NCBI GenBank assembly: GCA_963737655.1
Contig: CAVTTN010000002.1
Location: 3,456,001 to 3,520,000 of the forward strand
DNA from: an uncultured Planctomycetota bacterium
GTDB taxonomy: Bacteria; Planctomycetota; Planctomycetia; Isosphaerales; Isosphaeraceae
Direction: 5' to 3'
Length of the DNA: 64,000 nt
In this document: positions 1-10,124 of the stretch, one piece after another
Layout: each line of letters begins with the position of its first letter
Position numbering within the stretch: the first letter of the stretch is position 1
The notes under the pieces: generated by a model
What the model saw: only the letters and a program-made list of their open reading frames with translations
Databases searched by the model: none
What the model was told of the DNA's origin: nothing
Translations under genes and position numbers: made by a program

Positions 1-1143
1 CTCGACGACGATCAGGTTCGCCACCGAGCCCAGGACCGTCAGGTTCCCGGCCAGGGTGCTGGACATGGCCAGGGCGAGCCAGGCCGTTTCCTTCTGAGGC
101 ATGACCTTCATCAACGGCTCGAACAGGAGGACGGCCGGGACGTTGGAGACGAGGTTCGAAAGCGCCGCCGAGAGCAGGCTGACCAGGACCACGGGCGAAT
201 CCAGGAGGGCCCGCCACCGGTCGATCCCCCAGGTGCGGACCACGTGGACCTCGAAGGCGTGGACCACCACGAACAGGCCGCAGAACATCACGAGCAACGG
301 CCAGTCCACGGCGCGGAACGCCCTCTCGGGCTTCACGCGGTCCACCAGGCAAACCGCCGCCGCGCCCAGGGCCACGGTCGCGATCGGCCATCCGGCGAAG
401 AACAGGCCGATGGTCGCCAGGGTCACCAGGACGCTCTTGATCAGCAACCCGCGGTGGACCCGGAACCTCGGGGCCCCGGCCGACGACGGGGCCGGGAGCT
501 CCGCGGCCATCTCGGCTCGATAGACGATCGCCACGATCAGGAAGTCCAGGACCAGCCCCACCAGCGCGATCGGCGCGAGCCGGGCCGAGAACCGCAAGTA
601 AGAGATCCCCGAGAGGCTCCCGATGATCACGTTCTGGGGATTGCCGGTGATCGTCGCCACCGAGCCGATGTTCGAGGCCGTCGCCAGCCCCACGAGATAC
701 GGGATCGGCGGCCGGCGCAGCCTCCGGCAGAGCACGACGACCAGGGGGGTCAAGGCCACGCAGACCACATCATTGACCAGGAATGCCGAGAGCCCGCCGG
801 ATAAGCCGACGATCACGGCCAGGAGCATCTTCGGGCCGGCGAACCGCTCCGCGATCCTCTCGGTGGCCAGGGCGAAGAACCCGGACATCTCCAGGTACGC
901 GACCAGGACCATCATGCCGAACAGGAGGAGGATCGTCCGGTAATCGACGGCTCCGGCGGCCTCCGGCAGGTCCAGGACGCCGAACGCCAGCATCGCGGAG
1001 GCGCCGACCAGGGCGATCGCGGGGCGGTCGAGCTTCAGGCCCGGCACCTTCCCGGCGGCGAGCCCGGCGTAGGTCAGGCCGAAGATCGTCGAGACCAGCG
1101 CGATCGAGGGCGAGGGGACGGGGTTTCCGACGGCGGTCGTCAC
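1..1143 (-). CDS. ArsB/NhaD-family (YbiR-like) anion permease, 3' end runs off the window
   Basis: Manual translation from GTG at 1143 (GGAGG upstream): VTTAVGNP...IFGLTYAGLAAGKVPGLKLDRPAIALVGA...NIGSVATITGNPQNVII...STLAGNLTVLGSVANLIVVE; hydrophobic, ArsB/NhaD motifs. Confidence 0.85.
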   Translation of the reverse strand, partial: MTTAVGNPVPSPSIALVSTIFGLTYAGLAAGKVPGLKLDRPAIALVGASAMLAFGVLDLPEAAGAVDYRTILLLFGMMVLVAYLEMSGFFALATERIAERFAGPKMLLAVIVGLSGGLSAFLVNDVVCVALTPLVVVLCRRLRRPPIPYLVGLATASNIGSVATITGNPQNVIIGSLSGISYLRFSARLAPIALVGLVLDFLIVAIVYRAEMAAELPAPSSAGAPRFRVHRGLLIKSVLVTLATIGLFFAGWPIATVALGAAAVCLVDRVKPERAFRAVDWPLLVMFCGLFVVVHAFEVHVVRTWGIDRWRALLDSPVVLVSLLSAALSNLVSNVPAVLLFEPLMKVMPQKETAWLALAMSSTLAGNLTVLGSVANLIVVE

Positions 1144-1183
1144 GAGAGGGGGCCTCCGGGTCGGTTCGGGCGTCATCCGCAAA

Positions 1184-2429
1184 TCAGGGAGAGGTGGAGA
1201 GGTCCGAGACCAATCCCATCGGCTCGACCTCGCCCCGAGCATCCACCTCGCGATGGCTCGGGCGGGTCTCGGGGACGAGGATCGCGAGGATCGCCAGGCC
1301 CACGACGCCGACCCCCGCCAGGACGCCGAACGTCGCGCGATACCCGAGAGGGCCGACGAGGAACCCCGAGGCGAACGGCCCGAGCGCCGAGCCGAAGACG
1401 AGCGAGCAGCCCACGATCGCCTGGGCCTCGCCCGATCGGCGAGGGTCGCCCAGCCGGTCGGTCACCCACGCGGCGGCGATCACCGCGAAGATGCCGTTGC
1501 TCAGGCCGTCGAGCGCCTGGTTGGCCACGATCACCCACGGCCCCGGTGCCGCCCCGACGATCGCGAGCCGGATCGCCATGATGGTCCATCCCGCGATCAA
1601 CAACGGCTTCCGGCCGATCCGATCGGCCAGCCACCCGGCGGGCCAGACGACCAGCATCCAGGCGACCATGCTCACGACGAACGCCAGTCCGAGCATCCAT
1701 TCCGGGGCCCCGAGCGTTCGTTTCAGGAACAGGCCGAGATACACGCCCCCGGGCGCATTGGCCGCGTGGTAGAGGACCATCGCCGCCACGAACGCCCAGA
1801 GGCCCGGGTCCCGGAGCGAAGCGGCCCCGGGAGCATCGTCCTTCCGGACTTCGGCCGACGGGCGTTCGTGGGTCTTGTCTTCATGGATGAGCCAGGCGAA
1901 ACCGAGGGCCATCGCCTGGAAGACGGCGATCGGTCCGAGGATCGACGCGACCCCGAACCGCTTCGAGATCACCATCCCGAGGATCGCCACCAGGATGATT
2001 CCCAACGGCTTCCAGAAACGCAAGGAGCCGAGCTCGGCCCCCACGCGGTCGGGGTCGGCCAGGGCGGTGGCCTCGGCCCCGGAGAGGCTTTCGACGACGG
2101 CCCGGCCAAGCCCGTTCTCGGCGAACAGGATGACGAGGAGCCCGAGGGCGATCGTCCCCTCGGCCCGGGGCAGGAGGAACGTCGCCACCGCCACGACGGC
2201 CAGGGCCGCCAGGAGGAACGGCTTGCGCAGTCCCCATCCGATCGGACCACAGCCCGACCGGGAACTGGGCGAGCCCGGCCAGGGCGGCGAGCGTCGAGAC
2301 GTTGGCGATGGCCTGGTCGCTCATCCCCTTGTCGCCGAGGAACAGCGGAAGATAGGGCAAGGTAAACCCGATCGCCGCCATCCCCAGGAAGTAGGCGCCG
2401 TAAAGGCCGATCCGATTGCGAAGGTCCAT
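1184..2429 (-). CDS. MFS transporter (frameshift near 2230)
   Basis: N-half MDLRNRIGLYGAYFLGMAAIGFTLPYLPLFL...GLWSDRMG joins ORF 1184..2194 with GWLADRIGRK (MFS motif A). Confidence 0.85.
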
Positions 2430-2555
2430 CGCGAGCGATCCTTGAGGACAGGGGAATCTCGGCCGGATTGGCCCCGGGAGCGGTGTGAGGCGATCCCCGG
2501 AGAGGCACGCCCACCAGGGCGTGGTCATGCCTCCCGGGACGATGGGGAGCGGGAG

Positions 2556-3341
2556 TCAGTCGATCGGAGGGGGAAGGTCGTCACCCTTCACGTCGCGAGG
2601 GGGCGGGCCGTCCTTGGGTCGGGGCCGTTTCTCCGGTTCCCCGGCTTCGCGATCGGGCTTGCGCTTCTCCTTCGGCTCGGGTCCGCGATCGGCCGCCTGG
2701 GCGAGGTGCTCGGGGACGTGGGTGATCGCCTCGGCGGCCCGGGCCAGCTCGCCCCCTCGGTCGTCGCGATGGGCGGCGATGTCCTGGCGGGCGGCGTTGT
2801 AGAGGTCTCGGGCGGCGTCGAAATAGAACGTCTCCTCGGGCCCGGAATGATCGTCGCGAAGCTCGCTGATCCGTTCGTGGGCCCTCTTCAGGTCGCGGCG
2901 GGCCCGCTCGGAGGAGTCCTCGGGGCCTCCGGGGCCGGGAGGGGGCGGCAGGTCGGGGTCGTGGCGGTCGAGCTTCGCGGCGTTTCCGGCGTGATCGACG
3001 GTCCTCGCCAGGTCGTGGGCCGCGAGGGCGAGCTCGCGGGCCTCTCGCTCCTCGCCGGCCCGGTGGGCGTCCAGGGCCCGGCGGTAGAGGCGGGCCGCCC
3101 GGTCGGACCAATCGCGGAGCCTCTCCTCGGAGCGCCCCCCGGGGGGCAGGTCCGACTTGACCCGGCGGATCAGGTCATACGCCTTGCGGAGCTCCCCCTC
3201 CCCGCCCTTCTTGGCCTCGTCCTTCTTCTTCTTTTCCTTCGAGGGCGGCGGGCCGTCGGGCGAGGCCGGCGACGGCTCGACCATCCCGAGGAGGCCGAGC
3301 CCCAGCAGCGACGAGATGCCCATGATGAACCATTTTCCCAT
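2556..3341 (-). CDS. Secreted helical protein with two internal repeats and Pro-rich linkers
   Basis: Signal-like N-terminus (MGKWFIMGISSLLGLGLLG); two repeats ELRKAYDLI...AARLYRRA...RELALAAH and DLKRAHERI...AARDLYNAA...GELARAAE. Confidence 0.75.
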   Translation of the reverse strand: MGKWFIMGISSLLGLGLLGMVEPSPASPDGPPPSKEKKKKDEAKKGGEGELRKAYDLIRRVKSDLPPGGRSEERLRDWSDRAARLYRRALDAHRAGEEREARELALAAHDLARTVDHAGNAAKLDRHDPDLPPPPGPGGPEDSSERARRDLKRAHERISELRDDHSGPEETFYFDAARDLYNAARQDIAAHRDDRGGELARAAEAITHVPEHLAQAADRGPEPKEKRKPDREAGEPEKRPRPKDGPPPRDVKGDDLPPPID

Positions 3342-3413
3342 GGCGGAATTCCTCCCAAACGTGAGCGAGATCGGACCGGCCGTCCCTCGACCGATCCGCC
3401 GCTCTCACACCAA

Positions 3414-3429
3414 AGCACCGGCGATGCCA
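3414..3429 (-). promoter_or_regulatory. sigma-54 (-24/-12) promoter for 2556..3341
   Basis: Minus strand TGGCATC-GCCG-GTGCT fits TGGCAC-N5-TTGC with GG-N10-GC spacing; divergent from an NtrC-type activator. Confidence 0.7.
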
Positions 3430-3575
3430 GAGGGCCGAATCGGCGGTTTTTCGGCGGTTTCGGGCGGGTTGAACCGAGAACACGGGCACGATCCCCCCGC
3501 CGTCCCGGGGGCTTCCCGCCCAGAGCGGCCCGGCGATTGCAGCCGAACGACTCGGCCTCTTCCGAAGGAGGGAGC

Positions 3576-4962
3576 GTGGGCGAGTCGGGACGATTCCGGG
3601 TGCCGTTGACGGCGAGGATCGGGGCGGTCGCGCTCCTGTTCGTGGCCGCATGCGCCATTCTCTGGTGGACCGGAGGCGCGGTCGTCGAGCGAGAGCGGCG
3701 ACGGGCCGAGGCCCAGGCCACGCTCGCCTCGGTCGGCCGGGCGATGGAAGAGCGAGGCCGGGCCGTCCTGGCATCCGTCCCCGACTTCCCTCAATACATG
3801 GGTGAACCCGAATGGAAAGCGCTCGGGGAGAGGCTCGGCGCCGAGGCCCGCCTCGTCCTGGCCGGACATCCGGAGGTGGAAGGCGGCTTCTATGCCCGCG
3901 TCCTCGGCGACCGTCGGTTCCTGCCCGAGCCCTCGGGGTCCGATTCCTCGGCGATCGACTCGGTGGAGACCCAGTCCGACGCCGCGATCCGCAAGAGGAA
4001 GACCCTGCTCGTCGTCGAGGCCATGCCGGGCCGCTCGGTGGCGATCCGCACCGCCCCGATCCGCGAGGGGGAGCGCGTGGTCGCCGCGACGTGGGCCACG
4101 ATCCCGCTCGACGACTCCGTCTTCGCCAATCGCTCGATCCTCGGCTATCGGCTGGCGGCGGTCCTGGCATTGTCGGGGATCGCGCTCTCGCTCCTGTTGA
4201 CGATCGGGCTGGCCCGGACGGTCCGCCGCCAGGCCGAGGAGAGGAACCGGCTCCAGGCCGACCTCCGCCGCAAGGAACGGCTCGCCTCCCTCGGCAAATT
4301 GCTGGCGGGTGTGGCCCACGAGGTCCGCAACCCCCTGGCCGGCATCCGATCGACGGTCCAGCTCTGGCAGAGGGGGGCCGAGCCGTCGGACGAGGCGTTC
4401 GGCGGGCTGATCGATGAGGTGGATCGGCTCGAAGGGATCGTCTCGCGGCTCCTCCTGTTCTCGAAGGCCAACACCCACGAGACCGAACCCGGCGACCTCA
4501 ACGCCGTGGTGGCGGAGGCCGCGAGGCTGGCCCGGACCTCGGCCGATTCGATGGGCGTGGTCGTCGAGACGGACCTCGCCCCGGGGCCGATCCCGGTGGC
4601 GATGGCGAGCCCGGCCGTGATCCAGGTCTTCCGCAACCTCACCACCAACGCCTTGCAGATGATGCCCGAGGGGGGCGTCCTCACGCTGGCCACGAGGATC
4701 GACCCGGCCCGGGGGACGGCCGAGGCGAGCGTCCGGGACACCGGCACGGGGATCTCCTCGGAGGCGCTCAAGCATCTCTTCGAGCCGTTTTTCACCACGA
4801 GGGCCGAGGGGACCGGGCTCGGCCTGGCGATCGCCCGGGAAATCGCCCTGGCCCATCGCGGCGAGCTCCTCGGCCGAGAATCGACAGGACTCCCCCGGGG
4901 CGGTGTTCACCCTGCGGTTGCCGACGATCCCGACTTCCCGAGACGGAGACCCGAGCCGATGA
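3576..4962 (+). CDS. Membrane sensor histidine kinase (frameshift near 4875)
   Basis: GTG after GAAGGAGG; two TM segments, H-box AGVAHEVRNPL, N-box NLTTNA, DTGTGI, FFTT, GTGLGL; corrected C-terminus GAVFTLRLP ends at a TGA overlapping the next ATG (ATGA). Confidence 0.9.
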
Positions 4963-6355
4963 CCGACCCGCCGACGATCCTCGTCGCCGACGACGACCGG
5001 ACGATCCGCCGGAACCTCGTCCAGTTGATGACGATGGAAGGGTTCCGCGCCCTGGAAGCGGCCGACGGCCTCGAAGCCCTCGCCGCCATCCGGACCGAGA
5101 GGCCCGATGCCGTCCTGCTCGACCTGAAGATGCCCGGTCGCGACGGCCTGGAAGTTCTCGGCGCCCTGGGTTCGGAGCTCAAGGATCTGCCGGTGATCGT
5201 GGTCACGGCCTTCGGAGGCTCCGCGGCGGCCATCGAGGCGATCCGCCGAGGGGCCTATGACTACCTGACGAAGCCGTTCGACCTCGACGAAGTCCTGATC
5301 ACGCTCCGCCGGGCCCTCCGTCAGCGGGAACTCGCCCGGGAGCTGGCCGAGCTTCGCGCCGGACTCCGGCGCCGGCCGAGCCCCGTCATCCCGGGGGCGA
5401 GCCCGAGATGGTCGGCTCGTCTCCGGCGATCCGGGAGGTCTTCAAGGCGATCGGCCGGGCCGCGGCGACCGATGTCCCGGTGCTGATTTTGGGCGAGAGC
5501 GGCACGGGCAAGGAGCTGGCCGCCGGGGCCCTCCATCGCCATTCCCCGCGGGCGTCCGGCCCGATGGTGAAGGTCAATTGCGCGGCCCTGCCGGAGACCC
5601 TGATCGAGTCCGAGCTGTTCGGCCACGAGAAGGGCGCCTTCACCGGGGCCGACCGCCAGAAGCCGGGTCGGTTCGAACGGGCCGGAGGCGGGACGATCTT
5701 CCTCGACGAGGTGGGCGAAATCCCCCCGAGCGTCCAGGCGAAGCTCTTGAGGGTCCTCCAGCAGCACGAATTCGAGCGAGTCGGGGGCACCGAGACGCTC
5801 CGCACCGAGGCCCGGGTCGTCGCCGCGACCCATCGCGACCTGCCAAAGGAGGTCGCCGCGGGCCGGTTCCGCGAGGATTTGTACTATCGCTTGAACGTGA
5901 TGACGATCACGATCCCGCCGCTTCGCGAACGGCCCGAGGACCTGGGAATCCTCTGCGAGCACATCCTCCGAGGGCTGGAACGGCGGTATGGATGGGACCG
6001 CCTGGCGATCTCGCCCGAGGCGATGGCGGCGATCGGCGGGGCACCCTGGCCGGGGAACGTCCGGCAACTGGAGAATGCCCTGGCCCGGGCGGCCGTCGCC
6101 GCGAGAGGGCGGGTGATCCTCCCCGAGCATCTCGACCCCGCCGGGCCCGCGGCCTCGCCCAGCCTCCCCGGCGGTTCCCGGCCCGACGATCCCCCCCTGC
6201 CCCTCCGCGCCGTCCTGGCCGAGGTGGAGCGCCGGACCATCCAGGACGCCCTCTCGTCCTGCGAGGGCAACCGCACCCGGGCCGCGAAGCGTCTCGGGAT
6301 CAGCCGTCGGCAATTGTTCGACAAGGTGAAGGAATACGACCTCCACGTCCCCTGA
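4959..6355 (+). CDS. sigma-54-dependent NtrC-family response regulator (frameshift near 5350-5400)
   Basis: Receiver ILVADDD...LLDLKMP...KPFD; AAA+ [29 protein letters not shown]; Fis-type [17 protein letters not shown]. Confidence 0.92.
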
Positions 6356-6436
6356 TCGGAATCCGGCGAACTCCCGGGCTTCGCTCGGTGTCCCTCCCCT
6401 CGTGAGATCCGTCCCCCGCTTCGAAGGAGGCCGACC

Positions 6437-6490
6437 ATGAGTGCGACGAGTCCGCGTCCCTCGCCATCTCCTCACCTTCCCCATCCCTGA
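6437..6490 (+). CDS. Putative leader peptide (17 aa, MSATSPRPSPSPHLPHP)
   Basis: Strong SD GAAGGAGG 6 nt before the ATG; stop codon overlaps the 5' arm of a hairpin. Confidence 0.4.
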   Translation: MSATSPRPSPSPHLPHP

Positions 6491-6529
6491 CGGCGCCTCG
6501 GTCGAGGTGCCGTCTTCCCTCCCTTTTTT
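6489..6529 (+). terminator. Hairpin plus pyrimidine/U tract upstream of the RbfA-like gene (attenuator or terminator)
   Basis: GACGGCGCCTC/GAGGTGCCGTC 11-bp stem followed by TTCCCTCCCTTTTTT. Confidence 0.5.
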
Positions 6530-6537
6530 GGGTGGTT

Positions 6538-6949
6538 ATGACCCCTCGAAAGCCCTCGAAGAAGCTCCTTCGCTCCCTGTGCGGCTCGGTCGGCCCCGAC
6601 GATGGCCAGGACCCTCGATTCGACTCGCGAGGCGGCCGAGCGAAGGGGGATCGCAAGGCCCGACAACTCTGCGCCCCAGGCCGCCCAGGCGATCCAGCTC
6701 GCCCTGGCCGACTCTCCGGGCGAGGATTGGCTCCTCGGCCTGATCGTGGCCCGGGTCGATCCGGCGCCCGACTCGTCGCGGCTGCTCGTGACGGTCCAGG
6801 CGTTCGACGACCGATTGCGAGGCGATCCCTCGGCCGTCCTCGACCATCTGGAACGGGCGACGCCCCGGCTCCGCCTGGCCGTGGCCTCGGCGACGACCCG
6901 CCGCAAGGCCCCCAGCCTCGCGTTTCGGATCGCCTTGACCCCGGGATAA
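6538..6949 (+). CDS. RbfA-like protein (paralogue with N-terminal LC..GPDDG.DPR extension; frameshift near 6675)
   Basis: MTPRKPSKKLLRSLCGSVGPDDGQDPR...RKARQLCA then AIQLAL...VARVDPAPDSSRLLVTV...LRLAVASATTRRKAPSLAF resembles the RbfA KH-like fold. Confidence 0.75.
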
Positions 6950-7000
6950 GCCCCATCCGCCGCGCTCTTCGCCGCCTCCGGGCCTTGCCCAAGGGCGACC

Positions 7001-7025
7001 ATGTCAATAAGATTGATTGGGATTT
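7001..7025. promoter_or_regulatory. AT-rich imperfect palindrome, possible Rrf2 autoregulatory operator
   Basis: ATGTCAAT-N7-ATTGGGAT (6/8 inverted match) about 40 bp upstream of the Rrf2 gene. Confidence 0.35.
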
Positions 7026-7063
7026 GCGACCTCGCGGAAAGGGACGGCGCCGGTGGCCCGATC

Positions 7064-7474
7064 ATGAAGATCTCCGCGAAGGCCGAATACGCGTGCCTGG
7101 CGATCCTCGCCCTGGCGAGGACCGGCGCCGACAGCGCCCCGGTGCGGATCCGGGACATCGCCGAGGAGCACGGCATCCCGGAGCGTTACCTCGTCCAGAT
7201 CCTCCTCCAGTTGAAGGGGGCGGGCCTGGTCTTCAGCAGTCGGGGGGCCTCGGGCGGCTACCGATTGGCCCGGTCCGCCGACCAGATTTCGCTCCGGGAC
7301 GTCCTCTCGGCGATCGACGGGCCGGGCGACCCGCCCAAGGAGCCGACCCTGCCCGGGGCCCGCGTCCTGAACCACGTCCTCGAAGAGATCCGGGCCGCCG
7401 AGAAGGCCGTTTTGGACCGGACCTCGATCGCCCAGCTCGCCGGCAAGATGGGCGGGCCGGATTGGGTCATTTGA
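7064..7474 (+). CDS. Rrf2-family transcriptional regulator (CymR-like, no Fe-S Cys cluster)
   Basis: MKISAKAEYACLAIL...YLVQILLQLKGAGLVFSSRGASGGYRLAR. Confidence 0.92.
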   Translation: MKISAKAEYACLAILALARTGADSAPVRIRDIAEEHGIPERYLVQILLQLKGAGLVFSSRGASGGYRLARSADQISLRDVLSAIDGPGDPPKEPTLPGARVLNHVLEEIRAAEKAVLDRTSIAQLAGKMGGPDWVI

Positions 7475-8379
7475 CCGGGCGTTCCGGCACGTCGATCGTC
7501 ACCTCCACCCTCTGACCGAGCTTCAGGGGGGTCGGCGACGCGAATGCGATCTTGACCGGCAGGACCCGGGCGTCAATCGGGCGACCCGGGTCCTCGGGCC
7601 TCATCTTCCGGCCCACCACCGAATCGGGAATCTCCTCGATCGAGCCCAGCCAGTCGGACCGATATCCTTCGGCCGTGATCCGGACCGGGGCCCCGAGGCC
7701 ACCCGGGCGGTGTCGAACTCGTCCACCTCGGCCTCGACTCGAAGCCGGGTCAGGTCCGCGATCGTGACGATCCGGGAGGCGGCGTCGAGGGTCTCTCCGG
7801 GATGGACGTGCCGGGCGAGGACCACCCCATCGATGGGCGCCACGATCCGAGTCTTGGCGATCAGGGCGTCGAAGCGATCTCGCGAGGCCAGGGCGGCGAG
7901 ACGGCGGGCCCGGGCCGCGTCCAGCCCTCGTCGGTGGTTGTCCAGCGCCTGGGTGGTGCCGGAGTGCCGGGCCAGGAGCTGCCGTTCGCGGAGGCTCTCC
8001 CGCTCGTAGAACGCGATGTCGGCGTCGGCCTCCGCGGCCCTCGCCTCGGCCTCGGCCCGGGAGGCGCGGAGGTCATCGGACCGGAGTTCGGCGATCATGT
8101 CGCCCCGCTTCACCACGCTCTTCTCCTCGACCGGCAGGCGAACAATCAGCCCGGAGACCTCGGTGCCGACGACGACCTCGGCCCCGGGATAGGCGACGAC
8201 CCGACCCTCGGCCGTGACCGTGGGCCGGATCGGGACGGCCGGCGCCGGGGCGTTCGGGTCTCGGCGGCGCCGAGGCGGAGGCCCTCCGGACGAAAACCGG
8301 CGTTCCACGCCGCCCCGGCCGCCAGGGCCAGGCCCAGGGCCGGGACGATTACGCGACGCGCGAGCATCTTCAGGAACAT
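7467..8379 (-). CDS. HlyD/DevB-type membrane fusion protein (frameshifts near 8300 and 7700)
   Basis: AEGRVVAYPGAEVVVGTEVSG, coiled coil, IVAPIDGVVL, EVDEFD, C-terminus LKLGQRVEVTID. Confidence 0.85.
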
Positions 8380-8404
8380 CGAAATCCCCCCCATGGTCGA
8401 TCGC

Positions 8405-9076
8405 TCAGTTCGAGACCACCCCGTCGGAGATCGTCAGGACGCGGTCGCTGACGGCCCGGACCTTGGGATCGTGAGTCACGATCAGCAAGGCCCGCCCCCT
8501 GTCCTTCGCCAGCTCCCGGAAGAGTTCGAGGACCTGCGCGCCCACCTGCGTGTCGAGGTTCGCGGTCGGTTCGTCGGCGAGGATCGCGGGGGCGTCGCCG
8601 GCCAGGGCCCGGGCGATCGCGACCCGCTGTTTCTGCCCCCCGGAGAGGTCCCGAGGGAGGAAGTTGGCGCGATCGGAGAGGCCCACGGCATCCAGCAGTC
8701 CCAGCGCCTCGGACCTCGCCCGGGAGCCTCGAAAACCCTTCAAATTCAGGGCATATTCGACGTTCTCCCGGGCCGAGAGGGCGGGGAACAGGTGGAATTG
8801 CTGGAAGACGAAGCCGATCGACTCGCGGCGGACCCGGGGCAGGTCTTCCGGCCGGCCCGGATCGACATCCTTCCCGGCGATTCGGACCCGGCCGGAACTC
8901 GGCGTGAGCATGCAGCCGAGGATGGTCAACAACGTCGTCTTGCCCGATCCCGAGGGACCCTCCAGGGCCACGATCTCGCCGCGATCGACCGAGAGCGAGG
9001 CGCCCTTGAGGACGCTCACCGTCTCGGCCCCCTCGCGGAACGTCTTGGTCACGTCCTCCGCCTCGATCACGGCCAT
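8405..9076 (-). CDS. ABC transporter ATP-binding protein (LolD/DevA/MacB-like)
   Basis: GPSGSGKTT, LSGGQKQRVAIARAL, LADEPTANLD. Confidence 0.95.
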   Translation of the reverse strand: MAVIEAEDVTKTFREGAETVSVLKGASLSVDRGEIVALEGPSGSGKTTLLTILGCMLTPSSGRVRIAGKDVDPGRPEDLPRVRRESIGFVFQQFHLFPALSARENVEYALNLKGFRGSRARSEALGLLDAVGLSDRANFLPRDLSGGQKQRVAIARALAGDAPAILADEPTANLDTQVGAQVLELFRELAKDRGRALLIVTHDPKVRAVSDRVLTISDGVVSN

Positions 9077-9108
9077 GATCCGACCCCCGTTTCCCCGGTG
9101 AACACCGA

Positions 9109-10092
9109 TCACGCGACGAGGGTCCCCGCGGCGACGAGCCAGCGATGGCATTCCTCGAACATGTCTCGGAGCGGGACCGTCCGGTATCCCAGCTCGCGGA
9201 CGGCCTTCGCCGAGATGCAGACCTGCTCGGCCGAGAGCATGGCGGCGATCTCGGGAGTGATGTCCGGCTCCTTGCGGGTGATCCGCGAGGCCCAGTCCAT
9301 CACCTTCGCCGCCGCCTTGACCAGGACGGCGGGCGCCGGCCGCTTCGGGACGGGCTTGCCGATCAGCTCGCCGATGATCGTCACGGCATCGAGGTAACGG
9401 GCGTCCGTCCCCCCCAGGAGGTAATTCTCGCCGGTCTTGCCCCGAGTCACGGCCGCCACCAGCGCCTCGGCCACGGCGGCTCCCGAGCAGAACGACGACC
9501 GGCCCGGGGGGACGGCCGGCAGCTTTCCGTCCCGAATCAAGGTAAACAGACGTGCCCAGTTGTTCTTGTCGTACTTGCCCACGATGTTCGCCGGGTTGAG
9601 GATCACGGCGTCCAGCCCCCGGGCGATCCCGTCGCGGACTTCTTCCTCGGCCAACGCCTTGGTCCGGTAATAATTGATCCAAGAGCTCCGGCCGAGCTGG
9701 GGCGCCGATTCGTCGAAGGGCGGCTGGAACCCGTAGACCGCGATCGAGGAGACGTGGAGGAACCGCTTCGCCCCCTTCGCCATCGCGGCCGAGACGGCAT
9801 GACGCGTCCCCTCGACATTCGTCCGGGTCTGCCGGGCGTTCTTCGGCGTCCAGAAGCTGACGTCGGCCGCGACGTGGAAGAAGGCATCAAGGCCGTCGGG
9901 CGTTGCCGAGAGCAACGACGGCGCGTCCTCGATGGTCCCCACGACCCTCCGGGCCGGGTAGCGGGAGAGGCCCGAGACGTCGGACGAGGGCCGGTGGAGC
10001 GCCGTGACCTCCCAGCCCGCGGCGATCAGCGTTTCGACCAGGTTCAGGCCCAGGAACCCGGTGGCTCCCGTCACGAACGCCCTGCGACTCAT
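9109..10092 (-). CDS. NAD-dependent epimerase/dehydratase (extended SDR, HpnA/dihydroflavonol-reductase-like)
   Basis: VTGATGFLG, HVSSIAVYG, YYRTK (YxxxK). Confidence 0.9.
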   Translation of the reverse strand: MSRRAFVTGATGFLGLNLVETLIAAGWEVTALHRPSSDVSGLSRYPARRVVGTIEDAPSLLSATPDGLDAFFHVAADVSFWTPKNARQTRTNVEGTRHAVSAAMAKGAKRFLHVSSIAVYGFQPPFDESAPQLGRSSWINYYRTKALAEEEVRDGIARGLDAVILNPANIVGKYDKNNWARLFTLIRDGKLPAVPPGRSSFCSGAAVAEALVAAVTRGKTGENYLLGGTDARYLDAVTIIGELIGKPVPKRPAPAVLVKAAAKVMDWASRITRKEPDITPEIAAMLSAEQVCISAKAVRELGYRTVPLRDMFEECHRWLVAAGTLVA

Positions 10093-10124
10093 CGACGGAC
10101 CCTCCTTCCTCGCTCATGGGGAGA

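Noticed and set aside
1875..5486. 1203-aa ORF suggesting a hybrid kinase-receiver fusion
   Set aside because: Artefact: the frameshift near 4875 puts the kinase in frame with the regulator, the ATGA overlap at 4959-4962 shows two genes, and the N-terminal part is antisense to real genes.
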